A DNA stretch of 64,000 nt from Rhodosorus marinus CCMP1338. Taxonomy: Eukaryota > Plantae > Rhodophyta. Shown piece after piece: positions 12,036-22,533 of this stretch. Made by a program: the position numbers and the translations under genes. Location of the stretch: NCBI GenBank assembly GCA_029953675.1, contig JAMWBK010000001.1, forward strand, positions 3,534,001 to 3,598,000. Direction: 5' to 3'. A model generated the notes under the pieces. The model was not told the origin of the DNA. It ran no database searches and was given only the letters and a program-made list of their open reading frames with translations. The stretch's first letter is position 1. Every line of letters begins with the position of its first letter.

Positions 12036-12842
12036 ATGAATCCGAGTTCTGGAGGAGTTGGAGGAAGCACTGTTCCCCCTGATCCTTTTGCGGGTGTTCC
12101 GATGCCAGGTGAGTGTGTTCGCTGCTTTGGGCTGAGGGGTGGGATGAGTGGGATCGTGAGCTGACTGTGGTCTCATCGGCTTGGATTTGTTTTGAAAAAG
12201 GCTACCCTTCAGTTCGTGATACGCCGGAGCCAGGGGTATACAACGCACCGTCGCAGCCGAATATTCCATACAATCAGCAGTATCAGCAGCAGATGTCTTT
12301 GAACCCTTCGGGGAACTATCCTTCGGTACAAGCTGAGCGTATAGAAAGTGATATTCAGCCACCTCCTGCTCCCGCTCCAGCACCAAAGCCAGCACCAGCG
12401 CCAGCACCAGCACCGGCCAAAGGGACTGCTCCCAAGGCCGCGCCACCTTCAAAAGGAGCGCCGGACGGTTCTGCACAACTTCGTAATCTTGGAAAGAATC
12501 CCGTGGTTGTGGAATGCCCAAGCTGTCATAACAGGAAACGTTCGAACATGAAATTCAACCACTGTGAGCATCGTCTAGGGCAAAGACGCATTCTACTGGA
12601 GCCTACGCTCACCCTATTCACGGCCATCTAGTACCTGGCGCAAGACCTGACAACTGAAACTCGGCTGTTTTCTGAATGCGTCTCAAGGTACAACTGGGAA
12701 CTGGACCTACTGCCTGATCTCATCGCTGTTCTGCGTCGGGTGGTTGGCAGCACCCTTCATCTTCACTAACTGCTGCTGCAATTGTGGATCCGACGTGCGT
12801 CACACGTGCCAGCAATGTGGTTTTGTTCTTGGTACAGACTAG
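12036..12842 (+). CDS. LITAF-domain protein 2 (tandem paralog), 3 exons
   Basis: MNPSSGG.. | GYPSV..CPSCH.. | ..WTYCLISSLFCVGWLAAPFIFTNCCCNCGSDVRHTCQQCGFVLGTD* (third exon translated by hand). Confidence 0.85.
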
Positions 12843-13706
12843 CGTCACTCCAGGACGATGCAAGGACATGTTGCCGCTGCAGCTCAAGCAGGCTGGCGAA
12901 AGCGTACTTCGCTAAAAGAACGCTTCGTCACCGCCGAAAACGTGAGCCGCAACGCTGTTTTCGACAGGGGTACTGAAGTAAAGTCATCGAGCCGAAGAAC
13001 GACACCCGCCTTCGCTCTGAAGTGGCGATTCTAGGAGCTCTCTGTACGGTTCTCGGACTGCGAAACGTTTCACCTTCATATGAGCTTGTGCCGTAAGGAG
13101 AATAGAATGACAGTGCTCCATTATTGTGGCTTGTAATAAAACGACATGCGCAGCGCAGCTTTGAGGACGGCTTGGTTTCGTCGTGGTAACTGGTTTCATC
13201 AAGCCTACGTCCCGATCAACCCAGGACTGTGCACGCTAGCTCTGAGTGGAGTTCGGCTTGGCCGGCCGCTGCAGGCAACCTGCCTGTCTCTTCCAGGACA
13301 TCTACGTCGGCAAGTACAACTTGAGGGTAGCAAGTACCCTCGTCTTTGTCAGAAACCCGCGATGCGATGGAAAAGATCGCGCACAGCGGGCCCTGAACGG
13401 TCTGGTAGAGATGGGCAGCGGTTTGGCCATCTTCGATGCCCCCCCTGAGTGGACTAGTAACTACTTGACTCCGTTGCGTGCCGATCAACTCGGAGAGTTT
13501 CGTGAGAACGGCCACTGAGAGGTTAAGAGCAGGGACAACCGCAATGTCTCCAGTAGATCACCACAGTGTTATCCATGGGAGTCCAGGGGTCTCTCCATTC
13601 TGTGAGCTCGAGATAATATGGATTTGTCCTACACCCTGCCTACGTCCGTGTTACTAACATGCACCGTTACGGCCCGTTTAGCTCTCGGCGCTAACTTAAC
13701 TGCTTG

Positions 13707-13960
13707 GGCCAAACTGCATCCAATGTTACTGGCTTACCCAAAACCCCGCTCGGCCCTCACCGTCTTCACCATTGGTACCACAGAGTAACATTGGGCAGTG
13801 TTTTGGCCGGCTTCGCTGGCACTGATAATACCTCTGGTTGCTACAGTCCGCTCCCTGGCTAGCGAAGCTGGCCAAAACATTGCCCAATGTTCCGCAGCCG
13901 GGTTACCACCGGGCTGCGGGGTGAGTAACATTGGCCCAGGGCTTGGCCAGCTTCGCTGGC
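13707..13960. repeat. Array of four alternating-orientation ~25-35-bp repeats with an extra 12-bp hairpin
   Basis: GTAACATTGG..TTGGCC(A/G)GCTTCGCT(A/G)GC units at 13707(-), 13785(+), 13858(-) and 13925(+). Confidence 0.8.
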
Positions 13961-14067
13961 CGGGGAGGGTGGGGTACGTTAAAGTTCGGGAAAGGGCATG
14001 GATGGGGAGGAAGAGGAGGAGGAAGAAGAGGACTAGCTGAAGGGGTTTCTAGAGTAAGAGGAGAAAT

Positions 14068-15219
14068 ATGCGTGTAGGAATAGGTCAAGGGTATTATGTT
14101 CGTCATGTGGAAAACGATCGGACATGGCGTTTGTTTGATTGTAAGGGAGTGGTTAGTTTGCACTAGTTTTTGGTTAGGAACGGACTGATGTTTGTTTTCC
14201 TTGTTAGTGAGGGGTTGGGCTTTTGGTGCTTTTTTCGGCTTTCTTGTGAACTGAAAATTTTCTTTGCGGTTTCGTTTTTGTCTGTGTGTGTTTTTTTTTG
14301 TTTGTTCGGAATAACAAAGCGATTTGGAGATGCCGCGCGGCAGATTGCCTGGTTGTTGATGGGCAAGCATAAGCCGACGTATGAGCGAACTTTGAAAAAC
14401 TATGATCCTGTGGTTGCTATCAATGTGAAATATTTGGAGTTTTCTGGTAGGCGGATGTTCGACAAGGTTCTCATCTACCATACTGGGTATCCAGGTGGCC
14501 TGAAGAGGAGATCATATGAGTGGGTACGTAGTAGGAGCAGTAGCATCGATTGTTCATGACCAGAGTCCTAGAATGAAAATGTGCTAAAAAAGCCCTATGA
14601 CATCGACTCCGGCTTGTCTGACCCTGCCTGTTTTGTTCTTGTCTGCAGTACATGAAAAAGCAAGACGGATGGGAACATCCGTTTCGAAAAGCGATCGAAA
14701 AGATGTTGCAAGGATCACGTGACCAAGCAAAAGACCTTTTAGAAAGGAAGCTATTTCTGTACCCCGCCGAAGAGCATGATTTCCGAAAGCACTTGGAACC
14801 TGTGCCGAACATAGGAACCACGGCGAAGATGGGTCTGGGAGGTGCTCCGACCGATGACGAAATGGAAGATCTATGGGTTCGCACGATGTCCATGCTTCCA
14901 CCAGAGGTACAATACAATGCATTACTACAAAAAGAAGCCTGCAAACCAGCCGAACGCTGGTCCTCGAGGAAAGACCGCGAAAGCTAAACCAACCTCCTCC
15001 CCCAACTAACCCCGTCGTCGGTCCCAGGTCGTCACAAGAGCCATCGAGGAAGCTCGTGCAATGACCGCCAAGTCTCCAGAGGACGACGATCGGATCATAC
15101 AGAACCTCATTACCACTTTCAAGGGATCAAAGCTTGGTAATGACCTCCACAAGCTGAAGAATCAACGACGAGAGCCAGCCGGAGGATTCATTCCCATCAA
15201 GCCGCTAACAGTTGAGTGA
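14068..15219 (+). CDS. MRPL13: Organellar (probably mitochondrial) ribosomal protein uL13 with C-terminal extension, 4 exons
   Basis: TWRLFDCKGV|RFGDAARQIAWLLMGKHKPTY..D.VVAIN..YHTGYPGGLK..AIEKML..KLFLY. Last intron has a CTAAC branch point, then VVTRAIEE..LTVE*. Confidence 0.85.
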
Positions 15220-15726
15220 CGAACCATCGAGACAGCCTGTCACTACCTAAGGATATTGCTCATAATCTAGAACGAAGAGATTGTATCTTATAGCTGCTTT
15301 CGTTCTATATTTGAAGACAGGTGTCATATAAATATCATTTATTTTTAACTTTTTAAACGTATTATGCAAAAATATTTATTTATTGGACTTCTAATAATAA
15401 TTTTCAAAATTGATTTTAATCAGAAAATAGAACGACTAAATTTTGTTCGCAAAGGCTGGGCTTGGCGACTGGGTCGGATGTGGAGACGCCAAGAAGGTCG
15501 CAGCAGTGAAGAAAGTTGGCTCTTCCACGTAGAAGGTGAAAAGGCATAAAGACCGCTAACTTTCCTGCTTGCTATAGAAAAATTCCCTCTCCCCCCCCCC
15601 AATGCGAATCATCGGTGAGCTCTCGTCGAATCTTCGCAGTTCGACCTGGAGGAGGAACGTGGGAGCGAGTTGGCTTTGTTTTGTTTCGTCTTCTCTAACG
15701 AACGTAAAGAGGACAATGGCACTCAT

Positions 15727-15857
15727 ACAGTCTTCAGAAGATGGCGCATCCAATTGTGGATGTTTATGGAGCTGAAGTGCTTGTCAGGTGTATTGGGCTA
15801 CCTCTCGGTTTCGAAAGAAAGTCTCCAAAACTGGATGCGTCATCTTCTAAAGACCGT
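15727..15857. repeat. 34-bp imperfect inverted repeat (15727-15760 / 15824-15857)
   Basis: ACAGTCTTCAGAAGATGGCGCATCCAATTGTGGA vs reverse complement of TCCAAAACTGGATGCGTCATCTTCTAAAGACCGT; 5 mismatches. Confidence 0.75.
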
Positions 15858-16360
15858 GTCGGTGTGCCAGTCGCCACAGACCACTGATGGCAGCTTTGAA
15901 TTCCTGTCGTTGAGTATCGCCACACTTCATTCCCATTCCCTCACAAAATTGGAACTGACCTGAGGCTCGTACTGACCATCCTGGTGGAGGCTGATTGGTA
16001 TCGACACGGACTGTGTGCAAAGGTAACGAAGCTCAACACATAGTCAGCCAGTGAGGAACTCCATGCTCCAGGTCGAGCTGGTTCAGTCCGCCGAACAATG
16101 TCTGAAGCTCCCCCGGGGACTAGAAAGGAGGAACGATCGGCTCCTTTTCTCTCCCGGCCGAAGAGCGTGTGATCACCAATGAAGGAACATCGAAGTGCTG
16201 CTTCTCAGCCTTTAAAGAACTCCGGCTCGAGGCAGGCAACAACTCGAAGAGAAGTTTTTTACCGCAGACGATAGTGCTTGGCTTTTCTCTTTGATACACG
16301 AAAAGTTAGGAAGAAAATGAAGACAAGAATAGATACCAAAACAGCCTCTTCTTTTCGCGG

Positions 16361-17068
16361 TTAGAAACGAGCCCAGCATTGGTTGCATTTTCCCAGGCAA
16401 TCCCCAAAGCAGTCCAGTTCGTATCCCAGGATGAATGGTTGTTCCTTGATGGCGTTCTTGATTCTGTGGAGGAAGCGGAAGGATCAGTGCTTTTGCAAAG
16501 GAGTTCTTGGCTGGGGGACTCGAGGGAGGCGTGAGCTTATACCTTTTATCGTCCATCCTGTACTGTTTCTTCAAAGTTTCGACGTTCTTTCGACATCGTT
16601 CGTCGACATCAAGAGCAAGAGACTCGGGGAACTTCTTCACCAGATCAGCCGTTTCCTGCTGATTATCTTCGAAAAGCTCTGAGGAACGGGGAGAAAAACG
16701 CCATAAGTTAGTCCCTCGGTACGCTTTTCGAGAACTGCATCTGTTTTTCTACTCTGAAAACAGTTCCTACCCTCCAAAAACGCCAAGTTCCTCCTCACTC
16801 TCTCAACCTCAGGAACCTCGGGCGTCTTCCCTCCCTGGGACTGCCAATAACTCTGAGAACTCCACCCAAATGCCCTCAACGCAACTTTCTCTGCCGCAAA
16901 ATCAGAGTACTCCATACGTTCTTGTAAATCCAAAACTAGCTCATCCCATCCCTCCTTGTCGGTCGCGCGGGGATCCAACCCAGCTCCCCGCCGAACCGTG
17001 CAGACGGACCTACCCTCTCGACTCCGCAACCCAACAGTCCCGAACACGCCTTCAACAAACCCAATCAT
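16361..17068 (-). CDS. Small plastid-targeted mTERF-like protein with C-terminal DCxGDCxxxCxxCW motif, 3 exons
   Basis: MIGFV transit-like start; AFGWSSQSYW; LVKKFPESLA; last exon RIKNAIKEQPFILGYELDCFGDCLGKCNQCWARF*. From memory this resembles Arabidopsis At4g09620 (not verified). Confidence 0.7.
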
Positions 17069-17260
17069 GTCTTTCAACACTCAAGATATGCTTCCTTCTT
17101 CACACGTTCCACTCTGCCAAACCTACCTCCTATACATCTATCAAACGCAAACCTCCTGTATCAGACACCCCCTACTCAACTATGTCATCCCTAAAACAAC
17201 TCATCACGTCCACTCATTCCACCAGTCGAGGACCCAACAGAATTTGCGCTTTTTTCGGAC

Positions 17261-17350
17261 GGGACAAAAAATAATTTGGGACAGCTATTGGGACAGCTAT
17301 TGGGACAACTATTGGGACTAACTGTGGGACAAAAATTGGGATACAAATTG
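17261..17350 (+). repeat. ~12-bp degenerate tandem repeat (GGGACAGCTATT-like) x6-7
   Basis: Read directly; TGTCCCA units on the minus strand. Confidence 0.85.
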
Positions 17351-17399
17351 TATGGAAGTCCGTGAAAACCCCTTCCCCCGAAAGTGTTCTAAGGAGAGC

Positions 17400-17557
17400 T
17401 GTAAATCTTAATCTCTTAATCAGATATCTGAACGAGGTGCTTGACCTGGAGCGGGATCTAATCCACTGTAAAAGGTCTCCAATGACTAGGACCGCGGCGA
17501 TGAAACCCACTGACTCTATGGCAAAGGCAGTCCAAATCAGACGCAGGGATGAAACCC
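17400..17557 (-). repeat. Dispersed repeat B, homologous to 39781-39935 (+)
   Basis: Visual alignment, e.g. TTTGGA..GCCATAGAGTCAGTGGGTTTCATC..GTCATTGGAGACCTTTTA vs TTTGGA..GGCATAGAGTCAGTGGGGGTTCATC..GTCATTGAAGACCTTTTA. Confidence 0.75.
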
Positions 17558-17699
17558 GCTATCTTAACCCCAGCCCAAAGAAGCTCTGTTCTTTTATATC
17601 TATTCCTCGTTCTTCTTCCTGCCGGGATCTACATCCCAGCAAACTCCTAAACCCGCGGTTTACTACGATCCCTGATCTCATCTCGGGGGAGGGTTTTAC

Positions 17700-18300
17700 A
17701 GTCACAGAAGCAGACCAACACTAGAGATGGCGAATCGCGGAAAGTCAATCTTAACTTCAAATACTTGACTAGATCCCATTCGCTCGCGGTCTCTAGTTTG
17801 CCGTTTCAGCTTCAGGGTGCTCAAGGTATTCTTGTTTGTAAAATGGTCACTTTTAAGGACTGAGCGTATTTGTAGACGAATAGGACACACTGGTCCGAAG
17901 ATCGTATGAGGGGTTTCAGTCTCGTAGCGCAAGAGCGGCGTCGACGGACCTTCGACGAACTTCGAGGCTTGGGGAAGACGGATTTCTTGCAGACGACTTG
18001 TATTTGGAACCGGGTATTGTACGAAGAGGATTGACTTTGATGTTGCGACCTGCTGAGAGTCACCCTGTGTTCTTGCGATCTGTTGATATCTATTTTCACT
18101 TATCCAACTCTGCGATCAGTGCTTCACGGTGCTTTTACTCTCCGTCCCAGCGCCTCACCAAGCACCCACCAAAAACGCTCGCGGTTGAGAGCTCACAGGG
18201 ACTTTCGAGAGATAAGGGTGTTGCCAAGTCCAAGATATTGGATAGTCCCCTCATTTCCTCGGGGTGGCCTCGAAAACCTATCTGAAAGCAACAACTCGAC
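17700..18300 (-). pseudogene. Possible highly degraded Ty3/gypsy pol (RT-connection/RNase H) fragment
   Basis: Weak motif echoes: IQYLGLGN (cf. RSFLGLAN) and RYETE..VLKSDH..KRQ (cf. RNY.T.E..V.TDH..RQ), with stops and frameshifts. Confidence 0.3.
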
Positions 18301-19393
18301 AAGGGCACAAAACAATACGATTTCGTTACTAGAGGACGAGAGGTGAGACCTGGGTTGGAATTTTGCGCTCTATCAAAAGCATCCTTCTACAAGAGGCGCT
18401 TTGGGATGCGTTTGATAGAGCGGTCCAAGTTCGCAAGCCCAGCAGCCATTGCCGTTTGTTTGTTTGGTGAGAGTCCCGCGTGCCTCCGCATTAGGAAAAC
18501 GAAACCCTTGCATTTGCATTAGCTACCACTGCTTGCACTTGTGCCTCAGGGTGATTTTTCTATGGCTGCTTGCGCGCAGGTTGGTCACAGCGGCGTACAG
18601 TGTATCAGCAACAGAGAGTCTTTGCCCGCTGTTGTGACGCAACGTGATTGCTTCCAGGTGATTTTGAAGCATTCTTTGTGTCGTCGGATGGTGAAACGGC
18701 ATGGAGCTAGGTTTCCCAGTCGGTCGGATTAGCTTCAGGGTGACTTTGGATAGAGCCCCACCCCCTTGCGTGTGGATCTACCAGCTTCGGAATCGGACGC
18801 CAAAGGACCAGAATACCTAGACCAGCAGTTCTTGGAAACGAACGGCATCATGGTGGTGAAAATGTCGGGACTGAAGATCCAAAGAAGTCTGGCATCGCTT
18901 TGGGGAGTGCTTGCTCCTGCGTCTACCAGAGGACATAGGCCGAACACGTCCCCCCCCCCCCCCTGCATGCAAGGCCACTTGAAGAGGCAGAGCAGCCTGA
19001 GGTGGTGTCTGAATTCAGAGGTGGTGACCAGTCAGTCGGACGCGAGATTTCGCAGCTGGACGTCCGTGAAGAACCTCGAAGATCAAAGATGGTGGATTAC
19101 AGCAATTTCAGAAAGATGTTGCGGCGAGAAGACATATACTACGGCAGACCGGAAGACGTGTGGGAGGTAGTGTTCGGGAATTTCAGCGAACTCTAATCCA
19201 CAGCGAATCACACAGGTATTGAAAACGGGTGAGAACCGAGAACGGGCGAGATGTTGAATGGCCCGCCCGGTCGGGAGGCTAGAAAGAAATTAGCTAAGGT
19301 ACCGTTTTATTTGAATATCTTCAACGTCATTAACACCAACAGCAAGCGAGTCTAAATTTTGCTGCTATGAAATTCGTAATCAACGCGGGAGGG

Positions 19394-20139
19394 CTACTGA
19401 GACTTGTCGGCGATCCATTTGGAGATGGCCTCATTCTCCGAGAAAGTCTTGTACACTGCATGCAGGTTGGGATAGTTGGACCGCATGTCTTCTTCGGTAA
19501 GATTTCCGGTGCGGACAAGGTCGTGGAGGATACCAAAAATAGCGACATCGCCCCAAAGGTAGGATGCCTTATTGCCGTGGCTGAGAAGTACGTCTTCGAG
19601 CTTGAGCTTGGCGTAGAGGCGATCGAGAACGTGGAGTTGGGGTGGGGCTAGCTCAGTAGTGAGCTTCTGTTTCTGGTCTGCAGATCCGAATGCGTTCGAT
19701 GCCCAGTCGTCCCTGAACGAGGAACGAGTGTGAAAAACGCCGAGTTAGTATGGGACTTTCGGGTGGACGTGCATATGGATTTGTGACGAAGGAGATGAGC
19801 TTACCTCAAATGTTGATATTGATCTGCGACTGCGTCCTGAACATAGTTGTGGAGGTATTCATCGCTGGAGAGGTTCCTATTGTTTGCGATGTACCTCATG
19901 ATGGCAACGTGCTGCGTGAGAGTGACGCCGTCGATGTCGACGATGGGGACAGTGCCGGCGGGATTGTCTCCGGACTCGATGAGTACCTTTTTCTTCCGTT
20001 CCCATTCTCCGTTGGAGAGCGCGAAGAGCTGCTCCTCGTATTGAATTCCGTTCGCCAACATGAAGAACCTAACGACGCCTCCTCGCCCACCGACGGGGCC
20101 CAGGTTGAGGTACTGAAGATTGACCTTTGTCGCCGACAT
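19394..20139 (-). CDS. Glutathione S-transferase (sigma-like, Tyr-type), 2 exons
   Basis: NLQYLN..GRG..VRF, GTVPIVDIDGVTLTQHVAIMRYIA. Intron 19713-19804. C-domain ..SYLWGDVAIFGILHDL..NYPNLHAVYKTFSENEAISKWI. Confidence 0.88.
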
Positions 20140-21732
20140 GTTGTCTTTCTTTTCCAAGTTCAAGCACAGTTTTCTGGTATGCACGAGTAATATTTTTCTG
20201 TCGCGGTGCGCCTAGAGAGTCGTGTTCGTCTTGTAAAACTTCTTTAAATGCCTCCGAGAGTTCGATGTCTGTCGATGTTGTTGTTGTGTGTTGTGATGCT
20301 TGTGCTGTTCGATCCACCCAGACCAGAGCAGCCCACGGCAACGCTTTTATAGCCAAGGACCACCTCAAGGAGATCATGAAAATCAACTCCGACACTCCTC
20401 CAAATCGGTACCAAATCTCAGAGGAACTTTCCATCAACGTTGCTCCCAAACGTGTTAATCAAAACGAAGAAAAACCTTGCAGGAAATGTCGTGCACGCTT
20501 AATGACTGAGACGACGAATGGTCGAATGAAAACGACGAACAGACGTATATGACTGAATATGCAGTCAATATATCATCCGACCCTTCTGTTCAATGACGAG
20601 CCGATAAATGATTGAATTATTCTGTAAAAATAGATTTATTATAATAATTATGAGTTGTTTGTGTCTAAGTTCAATCACAATCGATCAGATATGTGGAGAA
20701 ATTATGGGCGGGCGAAAAGGGGGTGGGAGTAGTTCGTAATGATTGAAATTTTAGTAAAGAATAGAGTTATGAAAATAATTACGAGTGCGTGATATCTAAT
20801 TTCAATCAAAGTCATCGGTTATACGAAGAAACCATGGGCGGGCGAAGAGGGGTGTGGGGGGGGAGAGGGGTGGTTGTAGGTTGGTTACGTGGTTGTGGTT
20901 GTGCGAACCCGTTGGGCTCACGTCCCGCTCAACTTCCAGCGGGACTTGAGCCCATACAACTTTTCACCTTCTCGGATGCCTGTAAGTTCAGAACGTGGTC
21001 GAGCTAAAGGAATTTTTTTAGTTTTTCAATTTTTGAGGATAAGCCGGCTCGCGCTCGTGGTGCATCTTGAAGGCTGTGCAAGGTACCCCATGCGACGAAG
21101 CTTCCCACTAGTAGATATCAACCCAGTCGGGATCACCGGCAAAAGGCATACTAGGTACATCTGCGCTGGCATATCCCCCATTCCCGAGCGGTTCTACAAC
21201 GCGCGGGAATTCACCACAATGAAGCGCTTAGGTCGCGGGAGGAGTTTGATGGGTACTCCTTGTTTGGGTACATGATACGGAAGAAGCTTCAAAAATCCCT
21301 CTATTGCCCAGATTGGACCATTGTAGAAAAATCCGTGCACACTCGCGCGCTGTAGCCCTTAGCACGCGCTAGTAGACGCTAAGCGGCCATATCCTGACAA
21401 AGAACTTTTTCGCTTCGATGCGACAATCAGGATAGCGCAGGAGCGAATATCTATTTTATCCTGTGATCCGTTCCGAGACGAGTCACTTGCTCGCCCGTAC
21501 GAGGCGCAGCATCCCTACTAGCTTGAATGATAGCTACTAGATTCAAAAACAGCTCAGGTAGGGCCGTGATGAGAATAGCACAGATGAGGATATCCCTTAG
21601 AAAATGGCAGCACTTTCCTTAAGTTACGATTTGCTTTACTGACGGAGCCAAGCTCACGCGCGTCGTGAGGCTGTACAGAAACGAGTACGTCCATGCTACA
21701 CCCCTCTCCTTCTCTTGTCTTCGCTTGGGGAT

Positions 21733-22416
21733 CTAAATCTTCCTGATCCTGTAGCTTCCGAGTCTCCTCCCCCCGAAGACTGACTGGAGAATGTCCTCAA
21801 TCTGCTCCGTTGGGTTTGTCGCCGAATTGGAAATGGAAAAGTTGGTCCCCTCTTCAGTTCCGGCATCCCAAGCACCGAGTTTGCCGGTAAGCGATTTCAC
21901 GAATACCCCCGTGGTCTGGTCACAAACATCGATATTGTAGAATCCGGTAATCCAATCCGGGCTGGGAGCGATCATTGAAATCGCGGATACCAATGATCGC
22001 TTTCCGTCGACGTCGATCGTGACGGAAACGGTCTCGCTTCCATCGAAAGTCACAACGTTGTCCACAGCAAAATCGTATACGTTGCGGCCAAGATGTTCAT
22101 CAAGTTCTCCATCGAGTCTGAACGTAGAACCAGTCTCAGCTACATCCTCGACACCACGTGTCGCGAATCCATAAGGCTTCCACATGCAGTAGCCGGGGCT
22201 GTGGCTCGCAGCCACCAGTGGAGAGAAGTGAGCAGACGATGGGTAAGCGTCCGGGTGTCTAGCTCGGGTCCACTGGTATCTGAATGTGACCTTGTAGCTT
22301 GCCGTTCCCTTGCACTTGGACTTGCTAGCGCGCTCCGCCGTCACAAGCGATACATCCGTGGGAACAGCGACTACACTCGCCACAAGGAGAATCAAGCCAG
22401 CTACGAAGAACTTCAT
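21733..22416 (-). CDS. Secreted stand-alone Spondin_N domain protein, intronless
   Basis: Signal peptide; C..TASYKVTF..WT...HP..YP..AHFSPLVAASH, AETG, SMIAPSPDW, WDAGTEEG. Confidence 0.9.
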   Translation of the reverse strand: MKFFVAGLILLVASVVAVPTDVSLVTAERASKSKCKGTASYKVTFRYQWTRARHPDAYPSSAHFSPLVAASHSPGYCMWKPYGFATRGVEDVAETGSTFRLDGELDEHLGRNVYDFAVDNVVTFDGSETVSVTIDVDGKRSLVSAISMIAPSPDWITGFYNIDVCDQTTGVFVKSLTGKLGAWDAGTEEGTNFSISNSATNPTEQIEDILQSVFGGRRLGSYRIRKI

Positions 22417-22521
22417 CGTGATCAGAACTGTGCCTAGCCGTGAGCTCCTCTACACTAGACAAATGTTTGCAACAGAGTGAGCACGGTTCTCACCCTCCCA
22501 TCTCTCTCAGCAACAATCCAT

Positions 22522-22533
22522 CGTTTATATACC
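22522..22533 (-). promoter_or_regulatory. Candidate TATA box (TATATAAA) of the Spondin_N gene
   Basis: About 110 nt upstream of the ATG on the coding strand. Confidence 0.4.
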
